From the NCBI GenBank assembly GCA_043228905.1, contig CM091651.1:1-64000 (forward strand): 64,000 nt of DNA, read 5' to 3'. Positions within the stretch are counted from its first letter, which is position 1, and each line of letters begins with the position of its first letter. Positions 27,940 through 46,677 of this stretch are shown piece by piece. The notes under the pieces were generated by a model. That model saw only the letters and a list, made by a program, of their open reading frames with translations, did not search any database and had not been told where the DNA came from. This DNA comes from Azolla caroliniana (taxonomy: Eukaryota > Plantae > Polypodiophyta). The position numbers were made by a program, and so were the translations under genes.

Positions 27940-28808
27940 CGAGACTAAATCTCGGATAAAACTCCACCATTTCAATATATCTTTCTTTTTCTTTCGTTTG
28001 TTCTTATTCTTCCTTCAACCAGGATACCTTTTGTGTCAAAATAAGCGGAAATATTCGTTTTTATTTTGGAATAAAAAAAAACCAAGGGAAGGAGAAACAA
28101 ACAGATTGGGGGATAGTATAGAAGATAGAGGGTAAACAAAATCCACCGACGGATTTTTGGCAGTACGAAACGGTATTTTAAGTTAAGAAATCTTTTTATT
28201 CTAAAAAAGAAAAAACAGATTTTTTGATCATTCGTAAGAATACAACGACTCGCGGCGAACAGACTAAAACTAAGCAAGTTTATTATATCAGTAGATTCAA
28301 TTGCTAGGGAAGCAGAAAACTTTATCATAAAAATGATTATTATAATTCTAGTTACTTATACTAGGTGGGTAGTTGTACATGTAGTGACCATCGAAACGAC
28401 TTCAGTGTAATGCAATAAGTCATAACATAAGAAGTAACCGACCCACGGAGATCTTCTGTTCATACTCATAGAACTACGCAGTAGTTGTCTTTACTACATG
28501 CAAAAAACCACCAAACCAACCAGTAGGGATAAAAAAAAAGATATATATATCTTTTTTTCTGCTCGTCGAGTTTCTGGATTGAACAAAACTTAAAAATCAC
28601 CTTTTCGTTTTGACTTCCTTGACATGATTCCGAACCACTACCCAACACCAGCCCCATAAGTTCGGTTTGATCCTATCCTAACTTTTGCTTCGAAATCCAA
28701 CTATACAGATCTACTCTGTCTTTTACAAAATTATTCGTCGAGTAAGAATCCAATCCAACAAGGTCGTTGACTTTGAACTATCTACTACATAAACTCTAAA
28801 TACTTCCT

Positions 28809-28882
28809 GGGATTGTAGTTCAATTGGTTAGAGCACCGCCCTGTCAAGGCGGAAGTTGCGGGTTCGAGACCCGTCAATCCCG
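28809..28882 (+). tRNA. trnD-GUC: tRNA-Asp(GUC)
   Basis: GGGATTGTAGTTCAATTGGTTAGAGC...CTGTCAA loop. Confidence 0.97.
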
Positions 28883-28980
28883 ATCGTTGTTTTACCGAAC
28901 TGGACTGATTCCACCGTATTTATTCAGTGATGACATCTCTAAAAAAGATCAACAAGATACACAAAAGTGTATCCGTCTCT

Positions 28981-29062
28981 TGGGTCGAGCTGGATTCGAA
29001 CCAGCGTAGGCGTCGCCAGCGGATTTACAGTCCGTCCCCATTAACCACTCGAGCATCGACCC
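28981..29062 (-). tRNA. trnY-GUA: tRNA-Tyr(GUA)
   Basis: GGGTCGATG...CTGTAAA loop, long variable arm. Confidence 0.97.
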
Positions 29063-29241
29063 GCACTTAAAAAAAAAGTCACAAAACGTTTTCGTTTCGG
29101 AATTGGAGTTCTATGGTAATCATAGCGTCCCGACAAGTTGAATCTTATAACTCATCACTTTTTAGGCACGAGCCAAAGGAATGGGATTATTCTATAGAAA
29201 TATCTCCGATAAGATTCGTGAGGTTCTTGCCGAATGAGTGC

Positions 29242-29314
29242 TACCCCCAGGGGAATTCGAATCCCCGCCGCCTCCGTGAAAGAGAGTTGTCCTAGGCCTC
29301 TAGACGATGGGGGC
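29242..29314 (-). tRNA. trnE-UUC: tRNA-Glu(UUC)
   Basis: GCCCCCATCGTCTAG...CTTTCAC loop...GGGGATTCGAATTCCCC. Confidence 0.97.
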
Positions 29315-29330
29315 CAGATTACCTCCTAGG

Positions 29331-29359
29331 ATTATAGAGTGTTCCCCACCAAAAGTCAA
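29331..29359 (-). promoter_or_regulatory. Sigma70-type promoter of trnE-trnY
   Basis: TTGACT-N17-TATAAT, 16 nt upstream of trnE. Confidence 0.75.
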
Positions 29360-29762
29360 TCAATCTAATATTTTTTCTTAAAAAGTTCTAAAAGTAACTA
29401 GAAAACCCAAGAAAATTTTTTATACCTCCAGTTCAGAAAATTGCTTTAATTTTTTTTAGAATATCCCCTCATCAAACAGCGATAGCTGATTGGTCGATGA
29501 CTGACGAAAGCTTGGTTACCCCTGTACGGAAGATAGGAGGAACAGGTATTCTCAAAAAACTATTTCGTGATATACTATGTAATCGATATTGGGGGTTCAA
29601 CCAAAAAAGTTTATCGCCCCCGAATGATTGGATTGGATACATTTGATTCGGTCGACCCGACTAAACCAGCAACGAAACAAATAGATGGTTCATAACAGAG
29701 TCCAAGAGTTTTAGCCCGACGGGACAACTCATATTACTCTTTAATCGATTTGAACTACTAAT

Positions 29763-29867
29763 ACGGAAGTTAACATTCTTGCGTTCGTAGCCACCGCACT
29801 TTTCATCCTAATCCCAACAGCTTTTTTACTGATTCTCTATATTCAAACGGCCGCTCAAAACAACTGA
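29763..29867 (+). CDS. psbM: Photosystem II protein M, ACG start
   Basis: (M)[33 protein letters not shown]. Confidence 0.97.
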   Translation, partial: TEVNILAFVATALFILIPTAFLLILYIQTAAQNN

Positions 29868-30032
29868 TGTTGGTTGGCATAAGGCAGCGTTTGTAAATGA
29901 GCAAAGAAACTTAGAATAAGTATTCGTTGTGGGATAGGGAAGAACAGACCAGTTTTTTGAGGCACGGCGGGCGGTTATACGCAGCACAGTTCCGGTAGCG
30001 AAACGCCGTCGTTCTTTTCGAGTAGAGATTGG

Positions 30033-30065
30033 ACCCCCCTCTCCGCAAAAAAGGTAGAGGGGGGT
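30033..30065. terminator. GC-rich hairpin between convergent psbM and petN
   Basis: ACCCCCCTCT-N13-AGAGGGGGGT inverted repeat. Confidence 0.55.
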
Positions 30066-30142
30066 TGCTTGTCTTGTACCTCCTCCGCAACGATGAGCAT
30101 TAATCAGATCAATCTACAAGAGGAAGAGTCAACCACTTTTTT

Positions 30143-30232
30143 TTACGATCCGCTTCTTCCCCAAACTACAAGTGATAAAGAGAACGTAGATGTCGCCGTC
30201 GAAGCAGCCCAAGCTATACTAACTGGATCCGT
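30143..30232 (-). CDS. petN: Cytochrome b6/f subunit VIII, ACG start
   Basis: Genomic TDPVSIAWAASTATSTFSLSLVVWGRSGS* matches PetN after C-to-U changes. Confidence 0.94.
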   Translation of the reverse strand, partial: TDPVSIAWAASTATSTFSLSLVVWGRSGS

Positions 30233-30721
30233 GATTGTGATTCCTATCTTTCCGACTATCCCAAAAATTACTTTTGATCGATTATCTACGAGTCTACGCA
30301 TGGATATCCCACATACGCAACGCGTGAGGATTTGATTCCTACTTACTAGGATACCCTAATAGCGAAGGATAGTGACGGCGTATATACCTTTTTTTTAATG
30401 TGACCAAACATTCATTTGAGATTTTTGCTGATTCAGACATCTGATACAGCAACTGATGTTATACTAATATTGGGGTTGCTTACGCGTGATACACCCAGAT
30501 ACATTCAAAGTGATAGGCTATGATAGACCGTAGAGCATCTCGGTTTGTATCTGGTTTCGGCGCGGCAAACAATCCCTGATAATTGTCAAAGAAATAGAAT
30601 AAAAAGGTTAATCTATCTATCTTTTTTGCTCTTCTTACTTCTCCTTATCTTTATAGCCCCTTCTCTACTCCTTTCTTAAAAAACTCTACTTGACTTGACG
30701 AATACCACTGAGACTTTTAGT

Positions 30722-30793
30722 AGGCGACACCCAGACTCGAACTGGGGAATCAAGGATTTGCAATCCTCTGTCTTACCACTTGACTATATCGCC
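30722..30793 (-). tRNA. trnC-GCA: tRNA-Cys(GCA)
   Basis: GGCGATATAGTCAAGTGGTAAGAC...TTGCAAA loop. Confidence 0.96.
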
Positions 30794-31086
30794 CCCCTTA
30801 CCGAACCACCGATAGTTGATCTTGATCTGGTCGAAGGCTAAGCTTATATCGATACGGAAGGCCTTATAACTAGTAGTCTACTAACTAATAAGTATACTAC
30901 TCGGTGGGAGCTTTAGCAAGTGGCTGATTCCCGCACTCTTCCGAGTCACCCCAAAAATAGCGATTACTTAATGGTTTTTTTTTTTTTTTGCTGAGCAAGC
31001 AAAAAAATCATTTAGTGATTCTTGCAATTAAACTTTTGATGCACTCTTTCCTCCACGTACGGAGCATGCTCCTGAGTGATTTTATG

Positions 31087-31157
31087 GGCGGATAGCGGGA
31101 ATCGAACCCGCGTCATCTCCTTGGCAAGGAGATATTTTACCATTCAACTATATCCGC
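31087..31157 (-). tRNA. trnG-GCC: tRNA-Gly(GCC)
   Basis: GCGGATATAG...TTGCCAA loop...GCGGGTTCGATTCCCGC. Confidence 0.97.
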
Positions 31158-31414
31158 AGATTTTCCTATCACTTTTATTGTACACTCCATCGCAGGCTTA
31201 GTATATAGTAACCTCTGCAAGTCATTCGGCTTCTTGATTAGCTGCTTGACTCGATCGGGTTGCGGGCGAGGGGACCCACCCGCCCTCTCCCCCGAGATAG
31301 ATTGAGGCGAAAAAGCTACTCCGTAACTCCTTTTTAGAGTAGATTATATCTTAACGATATTTATTGCGTCTCTACCCGCGATAGTAAGTTCCGGAGTACT
31401 GGGATTATTAATCA

Positions 31415-31603
31415 TTGGGAAATAAAGGAATTGGGTATACCTACTAAGAAAACTAATCCGATCCATAACGAAGCCCCCGAAAATACAAAATTTTTATTGC
31501 TGGACCAACCATCAGGAGACGCGAGCGCAACAGGTACACCAACAACTAGTAAGAATGATATGGTGATTAGTGCAAATAAAGCCAATTGAAAAGCTATAGT
31601 CGT
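31415..31603 (-). CDS. psbZ: Photosystem II protein Z, ACG start, stop probably created from CAA
   Basis: (M)[12 protein letters not shown]...[10 protein letters not shown]...NSFIS then CAA (31417-31415) and TGA (31414-31412). Confidence 0.95.
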
Positions 31604-31966
31604 AATTCTAATTCCCTGGGTATCAAAAATGGGTTGTTTGTACCATCCAATCCTCATTCGGCAAGATTCTCGTTGTACCAACAGAAGGTAAGATATTAAG
31701 CGGGAGCTAAAAACCTTCTGGTACTCTATATTTTGATGTTACTCAATCTATCGATGACTCATTGAATGGAGGTGGAAAAATTCCGCAATTAGCAACAGTG
31801 ATCCACAGAATTCTACCATCAATCTTACAAGAAAATCCGTTTCATATCTTCCATACTATAGGTAAGTTTCGATACAATACATATATATTGACGTTGAGAT
31901 AATCTATCTACCAAGAAGGTAGATCATTGATACTTCTGATTGTTAGACAAGGATTCTATGTATCTA

Positions 31967-32055
31967 GGAGAGATGGCCGAGTGGTTTATGGCTCCAGTCT
32001 TGAAAACTGGCATGGTGCCGAAACACCATCGAGGGTTCGAATCCCTCTCTCTCCT
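31967..32055 (+). tRNA. trnS-UGA: tRNA-Ser(UGA)
   Basis: GGAGAGATGGCCGAGTGG...CTTGAAA loop. Confidence 0.97.
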
Positions 32056-32631
32056 ACAGTTCAATATCGAAGATTAAGCCATAATAATAATATTGAGAGA
32101 CGTCAGCATTATATGGTATGTGGGTGGTCTCTAAAAAAAAAAAAATGACTTTTAGAAAAAAAAGTAGTTGACGAGGGGATTTGTTGCCTATGATGCGTCG
32201 AAAAACCAATCCAAGTACAAATAAATCGGGTTGACGCTAGTCTCCCGCTTCGACGGAAATTTAGATTTCCAGTTATAGAGTTATAGCAACCAACCGCCTC
32301 CGCTCTGACAGTCTACCTAAAAGTAGCTCCTAAGAAATCGTCGTTTCTGACACATATACATTCATTACTGCATAAAAACTTAAAGTATTTATCATTTTGA
32401 GGTTGCCCATATCGTTGAGCTAGCTAGACTCCGAAGTTGTTGGTGTCTACCCATCCGAATAGATGGATAGACAATATAAATCTACTTGGATTTAATGGAA
32501 TAGGTAACGAATCCGCCGACAGAAATGTACATTCATCAAGCGCATATGGACTTACTACCAGTAGCAGTAGAGGGAGAATCCTTTCCTTTTTCCGAGAATT
32601 TGAACTTTCTTATTTTCCCGCGTTTTGTTCT

Positions 32632-35077
<2,446 letters not shown>

Positions 35078-36105
35078 TCAACTCCTCGAATAACTTATGG
35101 GTTCCCTTTTATTCTTGATGACGTAGTTATAATCACACCGCCTTGCGGAGCGTAGCATCGTCATCCCTTCTGAAAGAATCGTTCAACGAAACAGTCTGTT
35201 TTTTTGTAGCAGCTAGCGCGAGAGTGATATCGATCGATTTCACTCGACTGGGAAGACCCTCTCCTTAAAAACTCCCATTCCTTTCAATCTCGTTCTCTCT
35301 AAAATATCTACTTTTTATCTTCTATCCTCTCTTGCTTTTTTGTTCATTGCTACATCTATTCCTCCCCTTCTTGCTTGCCACAACCCTACGTTTCTTATAA
35401 CTTCCTATGTTTCGACATATCCATATCGACCTAAGATAAGACAGTCTGTTACCCGATCGTTCAGAAGGTGGGTAAACCTCTCTCTTCTTCCATAATTTTG
35501 TCACCTTTGCGTCGCATCAATAGACCCTCGGCTCGGGATTTTTTTAAAAAAAAAAAATATAGATATATATCTCTTTCTTTCATTTTCCGTCGTCGAACAA
35601 ACGGTGTCTACTGAATACTCCCCCGCAGTCCTAATATCTTTCAACAACTATTCTAGATATAGCATCTTTTCCCTCTGTCGGTGAAGAAAAAAAAGAGGTA
35701 TTGCATGATGCAAGCGAGAAGAGAAACAAAAAGTATATTCTTCGAGAGATTGGGATATACTAATATTCATGGATCCGCCTGATCTCCCTGCGACACTAAC
35801 CCATACTCTCTAAATACCCCAATACTTATTTTACCAATCTCTCATAAGAATTGAAAGCTTTCTGGTTTTGATTTGTCTGGTAGTAGGATAACTTCAACCC
35901 AGATTTGATCAGTAAAAAGCATGTAAAACCTCGATGTTGAATCAAAGGTCTATTTTCTTAATTCCAGCAAGTTCGGGTAGTTTCAATAGAATCCTTTTTT
36001 TTGTGAGGAATTTAAAAAACAGATCAGGAAGTTTAGTCCTAATCAAGTAGGTCGAATAACTACTCAGTAACTCAACAACTAAGAGTCACTCGGACAATAA
36101 AATGA

Positions 36106-36139
36106 AAAAATATATAGATATATATATCTATATATTTTT
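36106..36139. repeat. Perfect 34-bp AT-rich palindrome
   Basis: AAAAATATATAGATATATATATCTATATATTTTT equals its own reverse complement. Confidence 0.9.
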
Positions 36140-36681
36140 CTTTCTAATCAATAGAAGCATACTGATATTGATTGTTCGTATTGAATCCCCAGACTAGATA
36201 TAACTTGAAACTTCCGGAAATTAAAAATTATATCCATCTGATTCTTGGGTATCACTGATAACTATAACTTCGCTTTTTCGATCAGAAAACAGGGTGATAA
36301 AAAAAAAAATAGTCAAATGAAAGAAGAGCTAGTCTCGTAGTGAGCTTCACCACTGGCTGGATGAGCCAGCCATACCACATTTTCACCTATCAATCTGTCG
36401 CTAATTCTATCGGTATTTAGATTTCCTTTAGTAGAGTCGTAAGTGAACAGAAAAGGATTTGTTCACAGAAAAGGTTTTGTTCAAAGAATCTGGTAGATTG
36501 TTTCAAGTTTTATGAAAAAATACTGGTATCTCGCGAAAGAACTCATTTTGTGCCAGCATCTTGAGGTTTTTGCGTAAGCAGGCTTTTTTTTATTTCCCTC
36601 GTAACTCATACTGGCTCTGGTTTAGCGACTTCCCTCGAAACGATATAAATGATGTTTTCTTTATGGTATCTTTGTTTGACC

Positions 36682-36753
36682 AGCCCCTTATCGGATTTGA
36701 ACCGATGACTTACGCCTTACCATGGCGGTACTCTACCACTGAGTTAAAGGGGC
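36682..36753 (-). tRNA. trnT-GGU: tRNA-Thr(GGU)
   Basis: GCCCCTTTAACTCAGTGGTAGAGT...ATGGTAA loop. Confidence 0.96.
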
Positions 36754-36912
36754 CTAGATTTTTTTATCTACCCTCTTTTATTTAATTTAAATAGTCATAT
36801 TTTTTTAGTATTAATATCTATTCTATTTCCAGATGAGCGGAACTTTTAGGGTAAGCTCGACGGGGGGCATGACCTGCTGCACCAGCAATAGAGAAAGAAT
36901 CGGTGGTTTCCT

Positions 36913-36986
36913 TTGCGGAGACAGGATTTGAACCTGTGACCTCAAGGTTATGAGCCTTGCGAGCTACCAAGCTGCTCTACCCCGCG
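36913..36986 (-). tRNA. trnfM-CAU: Initiator tRNA-fMet(CAU)
   Basis: CGCGGGGTAGAGCAG...CTCATAA loop; C1:A72 mismatch typical of initiators. Confidence 0.97.
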
Positions 36987-37110
36987 TAATCGATACCTTC
37001 GATGTAATTATTATACATCCTTTAATAATTGCATTGAACATGAAAAAAGAAAGAACTATGTAATCTATATATATCTTTTTTTATACTTTATTAGTAGAGT
37101 TTCTCTTTAT

Positions 37111-37413
37111 TTACCAACTTGATTTTTTTACCCCAGGCAACAAACAAGTATGTGCCATTTCACGAGGTACATGTCTGGATAAACCAAAGTCTCGATAATT
37201 GGATCTGGGTCGTCCGGTTAGGGAACATCGGTTACGGAGACGAGTAGGCGCACTATTACGCGGCAAAGATTGCAGCTGCTTAGAAATTTCTATCTTTTGC
37301 TGGATTGATGAACTGATCCTGATTTGCCGTTTCAAAGATTGACGAATAGCTTCATATTCTTTTACTAATTCTTTTTTCCTTTTCTCCTTCTCAATAAGAC
37401 TCTTTCTTGCCGT
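37111..37413 (-). CDS. rps14: Ribosomal protein S14, ACG start
   Basis: (M)ARKSLIEKE...[14 protein letters not shown]...GVKKSSW*, 100 aa. Confidence 0.97.
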   Translation of the reverse strand, partial: TARKSLIEKEKRKKELVKEYEAIRQSLKRQIRISSSIQQKIEISKQLQSLPRNSAPTRLRNRCSLTGRPRSNYRDFGLSRHVPREMAHTCLLPGVKKSSW

Positions 37414-37684
37414 AATTCACAAGTCAGTTGAATGGGATTTTTATGCTATTCTAAACATAGAACACGGATAAGATCTGTTATGGAAGTATTTATTTGCCCT
37501 CGACTTGTGGGTAGAAAAAGGAAAAAAAAAGTATATATACATTTTTTTCCTTTTTCTTTTTATGAATCAACTTGTAATCTGGTTGATTTTGCGATTAGCC
37601 CCAACGGGGTAATAGTGGCACGGACAAACTAAAAATAGAAAAAAAGACTCTGTTGATTAGGAGGTAAATTCAGAAACGGATGGA

Positions 37685-39907
<2,223 letters not shown>

Positions 39908-39914
39908 CTAGCCA

Positions 39915-42245
<2,331 letters not shown>

Positions 42246-42509
42246 TTATTACTAAATTAGCAACCGGCAAAGTTTTCTCTTTATCTTTGAATTTGGAACT
42301 GGAACAACTACGATCGATGGAAGACTCATCCGGGTCAGGCATTTGATTCTATTATTACACAACCTATTCGGGCCTTGTGGACTTTACACAAATCATCACT
42401 CTTTTAATCCCGCAGGGGGTTGGGTCCATGCAACCGGATCGGTTCGGGTTAGCTTTTTTTTCTGCCATTCTTTTTAGTCTATCTCTCCATGTAAGTGGTT
42501 GTGCTTCCC

Positions 42510-44406
42510 TCACTCACTCAGGGGAGAAGAACGTCCCGTAATCTTCAACCGATTCTGCGCTTCAATGTAATTACCAGGGGAAAGTGCTACTGCTTGTCTC
42601 CGATAATCGGCGGCTTGATCGAACCGAGCTTCTGAATTTTCTGAGTCTCCCTCCTGAATGGCCTGTTCCCCTCGGTCAGGATGGATGGATCTTTTTGTAG
42701 ACCTCCTCCCTCAGAACCGAACTTGAGAGTTTCCTACCTCATACGGCTCGAACAACTACGTTTCCGGTTGGCTAACTAGCAAACTATCCCCCTGAAATAG
42801 AGTAAACCAATTTCCGATTCGTCGAAGAGTCGGAAGTAGTCATCGATGGGGGTTTCCAACTCTACCTCTTTCCGGATATAGTTCTTTCCGTACTCCCAGT
42901 CAAGAGAAGGATTTCTATATATATAGATATAGAAATCCCTCTTCTAAGGCTAATTATCCTATTCCTTCTGAATATGGATCCATTCAGATAGATTGTTCCT
43001 TTGGGATTTTATACTACACCGTGGTCCGTTACCCCTATTTTTCCAATCGACCCTGCTACAGAGACAGATTGTGTAACTTCTTGGTTAGACCAAACTCATT
43101 GTATCAACCCATATCTTCAATGATGAATCTTTACGGTGCTATATCCTTCCATTTAATCGATTACCCATGGGATCTTTAGGCTACCCTTCTTTCAAACTTG
43201 GGTTAATCTGGAGGGGGTAGAGCTTATCCCCACAGCTTGCAACAACTCTCGTTCAGATCAGAAGTATGTTTATGGGATGCCTTTTTCGTTGGTTGAATAG
43301 CTACGAGCCAAAGGATCCCAAGGTATAGATAATCGCACGTAGTGACAGATCACAGCCATATTATTAAGAGCTTGTGGCAGAAAAGAATTCCGCTCCAATG
43401 CTTGGAAGTAATATTCCAATGCTTTTGCATGTTTCCCGTTACTAGTATGAATAGGACCTATATTATGAAGTATGTAACTCCGATCGTAAGAATCAATTTC
43501 TAAGCGCATAGCTTTGTAATAGTTTTATAAAGCTTCTGCATACTCTCCTTCGGATTGGGCCGACATCCGTTACGGTTGCTAATGCGAATAAGCCCCGTTC
43601 CAAAACCGTACGTGAGATTTCCATCTCATACGGCTACTCCCGCCCGAAGCACGGGGGGTAGTAACGTTCGAAATAAATTGATTATTTCTACCCCTAACCT
43701 GTAATTGAGCGGGGGCTAGTGTGTTGTAAAATTAGTACCTAACCATCCTTCTTGCAAAAAATTTCCAGGCAAACAACTAAATAAATAGATTATTTTACTT
43801 CCGAAAATCCTTTACAATTTCTTCGTTCCCAACGCCTTGTTTTTGAATTTTTAAAAATTACGGGGATTATTCGCCTCGACAATTTCCGATGATTCTGGGG
43901 GTATCCAAAACACAAACGGGATGGGTGTCTGTCGTCCCAATCACTGTCAACCACGATTCTAGAGTCGTCAAAGAGGTTTAATACGTGGCGAAACCAAAAA
44001 CAGATTAACGAAGTATTTGTGATGTCGATTTCTATGCGTAGTGTCTTCCCCCCACGCTCACCCGCGAAATCATGCATAGTTTTTTATTTCGTAGGCTCAG
44101 TCTTCCACTTATTACTAAAACCTATTAGTCATATGGCTGTAGCATTCGAGGTTGCGCGAATCGTGGATACACGACCGAAGGACTTGTTCCCGAATCGAAA
44201 CACACCTTCACAAAACGTGGGTCTTTTTGGATTACCGTTTACTAGATGTCGATAAGAACGGATTTACCCTACCGAATCGCACCATCCCTATGATATGTAG
44301 AAGCTTTCCTCTCTCTTTCAGTGGTCGGCAAAACTTGTAACAAAATATCTGCTAGAATTGTGGAAGTCTTATCAATAGAATTGTCATTTCTCTGAGATCT
44401 GGGCAT
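42510..44406 (-). CDS. ycf3: PSI assembly TPR protein Ycf3 (PafI), 3 exons
   Basis: Exon 1 44406..44283 (MPRSQRNDN...), exon 2 43568..43339, exon 3 42674..42510 ([10 protein letters not shown]...). Confidence 0.95.
42675..43338 (-). other. Group II intron 2 of ycf3
   Basis: 5' GTGCG, 3' CTGAC, domain V GAGCCGTATGAGGTAGGAAAC.... Confidence 0.9.
43569..44282 (-). other. Group II intron 1 of ycf3
   Basis: 5' GTGCG, 3' GTAAC, domain V TAGCCGTATGAGATGGAAATCTCACGTACGGTTT. Confidence 0.9.
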
Positions 44407-44998
44407 AATCAATTCCAAATTCTTTTTCTCTCACATTCCACTTATTGTTGTATTAATCGGGATTACTAATAAAATAATGCTTTTGGCTTTTGGCGGTACG
44501 AGAAAGCAATAAGTACGCCGCACATCATTTATGTATTTGAATTTGCAACCAGACATTAAAAAGCAATGGAATAATGGATTCGACCTCTCTGCATGTAACA
44601 GAAAAAGGCTTCTGATGGGTGGAGAAACAGAGTGTCGAAACTTGTTTATCGCAACCCCCAAAAAAACAGGTTTTTTTTTCTCTTCGAATTCGACCCCTCT
44701 CGGATTGTGATAGAAAAGCCTACCCATTCAAAAGTAAAAAGGATTTCTCTTGTATAGAAATCCGATTAATAGTGACCAAGATAAAGATTCATATGTAAAA
44801 TATTCTTGTTTTATATTATGTCAATCTCAGATATCAATGATATCTCTAAAAATAATCTGAAGTAGGTGAGTACTAGATCTGTGTGTAAAATAAATAGTAC
44901 TATCTCACTATTATGTATGGATCACCAGCTTGCTTGCTTGCAACTTTGCTACCTAAATCTCTAGAATGTGTCATAGTATCTGAAAAATCAAACCTAAA

Positions 44999-45085
44999 GG
45001 AAGGGTGACCGAGGGGTTTAAGGTGTAGCACCGGAAATGCTAAGTAGACTGCTGTTTACCGAGGGTTCAAATCCCTCTCCTTCCT
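44999..45085 (+). tRNA. trnS-GGA: tRNA-Ser(GGA), genomic C33
   Basis: GGAAGGGTGACCGAG...TAGCA-CCGGAAA-TGCTA...GAGGGTTCAAATCCCTC; syntenic ycf3-rps4 position. Confidence 0.92.
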
Positions 45086-45508
45086 TCTGAAACCCTTCTG
45101 TTTCCACATCCCCTTCGTTGCGGCATTCCCCCTATAAATTACTTACTATTAATCATAACCGAAACTTTCCCAGTGACGGGAAGGAGAGGGCTGATAAGTT
45201 GGGAATACGGATGGTCCTTTGTAATAGAATTGCTCATTACTGGACTAGAAATCTTTAAGTAGCCCGGAATATTTCATGACGTGTCGGTTAGATCTGTTCA
45301 AAACTCCGCTTTTAAAGTATGAAGTACGATATTTTAAACGGTTTTTTGCCGCGATAGATAAGTCGGATTTTTTATCTATCTTACTAATCTTTTTAGTGAG
45401 CCCTTTGTTGGTTTCTATCTCAAACAGATCGCTTGAGAATTATAAGGATTCTCAAACAATCTGATTTACTGAAAAACTTACTCCATTGTATAAGTAACTC
45501 GCTTAGGT

Positions 45509-46141
45509 TTAAGCTTTCCGAGAATAGTATTCGACGACTGACAATTCGTTTATATTCAAGTCGATAGATTCTCGAGTGGCGGTTTTATTAACTAACCCCT
45601 TCGGTCTGTTGTCCTCCGAAAAAGAGAGAGTTAGGTGATCTGGTATTTGGTTCCCTCGAGAAGACTCAATAATACCGGTCCTTTTTAATCCATTCAAAGA
45701 AGTTGGTCGATTCCGAACAGTAAGAATATCTTTCGGTTTGCAACGGTAACTAGGTACATCCACAATATGATCGTTGACTAAGATGTGTCTGTGATTGACC
45801 GGTTGTCTAGCTGCAGGAATGGTCGGAGCCATACCCAAGTGAAAAATAATATTATCTAAACGCATTTCGAGTAATTGCAATGGTACTTGTCCCGTTGAAC
45901 CCTTAGTCTTTCTAGCGATGCGGACGTATCGGAGCAATTGACGTTCTGTCAATCCATAGTTATAACGTAATCTTTGTTTAGCTTCCAAGCGCACGCAAAA
46001 CTGAGAAATCTTCTTTGGGGTGGATGTGGATTGATCAGCAGCAACCCGAGTTTCTCCCGCATTGGAAGCCTCACCTGCAAGTCCCGGCAAACTCTTTAGA
46101 CGGCGTATCACTTTCAAACGAGGTCCTCGGTAACGAGACGT
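45509..46141 (-). CDS. rps4: Ribosomal protein S4, ACG start
   Basis: (M)SRYRGPRLK...LLEMRLDNI...VVEYYSRKA*. Confidence 0.97.
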   Translation of the reverse strand, partial: TSRYRGPRLKVIRRLKSLPGLAGEASNAGETRVAADQSTSTPKKISQFCVRLEAKQRLRYNYGLTERQLLRYVRIARKTKGSTGQVPLQLLEMRLDNIIFHLGMAPTIPAARQPVNHRHILVNDHIVDVPSYRCKPKDILTVRNRPTSLNGLKRTGIIESSRGNQIPDHLTLSFSEDNRPKGLVNKTATRESIDLNINELSVVEYYSRKA

Positions 46142-46677
46142 AAAAACTCCTTTTCTGTGAACGTTTCATTATTCAGAATAAAACCTCATTCGGGATTTGG
46201 CACGGAAATGAAAAAATCCATTCTGGCACAGTACCCATCCAATTTCATTAAGGATTCGTGTGACAACCATAACATATTAATCAGAGCCATCAACCACCAA
46301 TTTTTTGTTTTCTCGTTTTGTGGATGGAATAGATATAGGATTCTCGGAGATGGGCGAAAGAGAAATATCGGATCAGTGGCTTGGCTGAAAATCCTGTAGT
46401 ATACTATTCATATAAAGTTTAACAAAAACAAAAATTGAATGGATTGATATAATATAGTATTGCCTAATTCGGTACATTGCTGTATAATTATTGTGCTAGG
46501 TAAATGTATGGCGGGAAAGTAAAAAAAGCTAAATTTAGGTATTTAGATAAGGGATTACGAAAGAAACAAAAATTCTGTATATTCCTCGCTTAGATCGTTC
46601 GGATATGGAGAATCTATCTCCGAACAGGGTAAAATTTTCGTCTATTTTGTGTTTCAGTCTTTTGGGGCCCAAGAGTA

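Noticed and set aside
27940-28808. ORFs 27972..28328 and 28466..28657 in the rpoB-trnD spacer
   Set aside because: Low-complexity Phe/Ile/Lys-rich translations of A/T runs with no recognisable motif.
35900-35970. psbD light-responsive promoter (AAG-box-like AAATAGACC on the minus strand)
   Set aside because: Similarity is too weak and no clear -10 element could be assigned.
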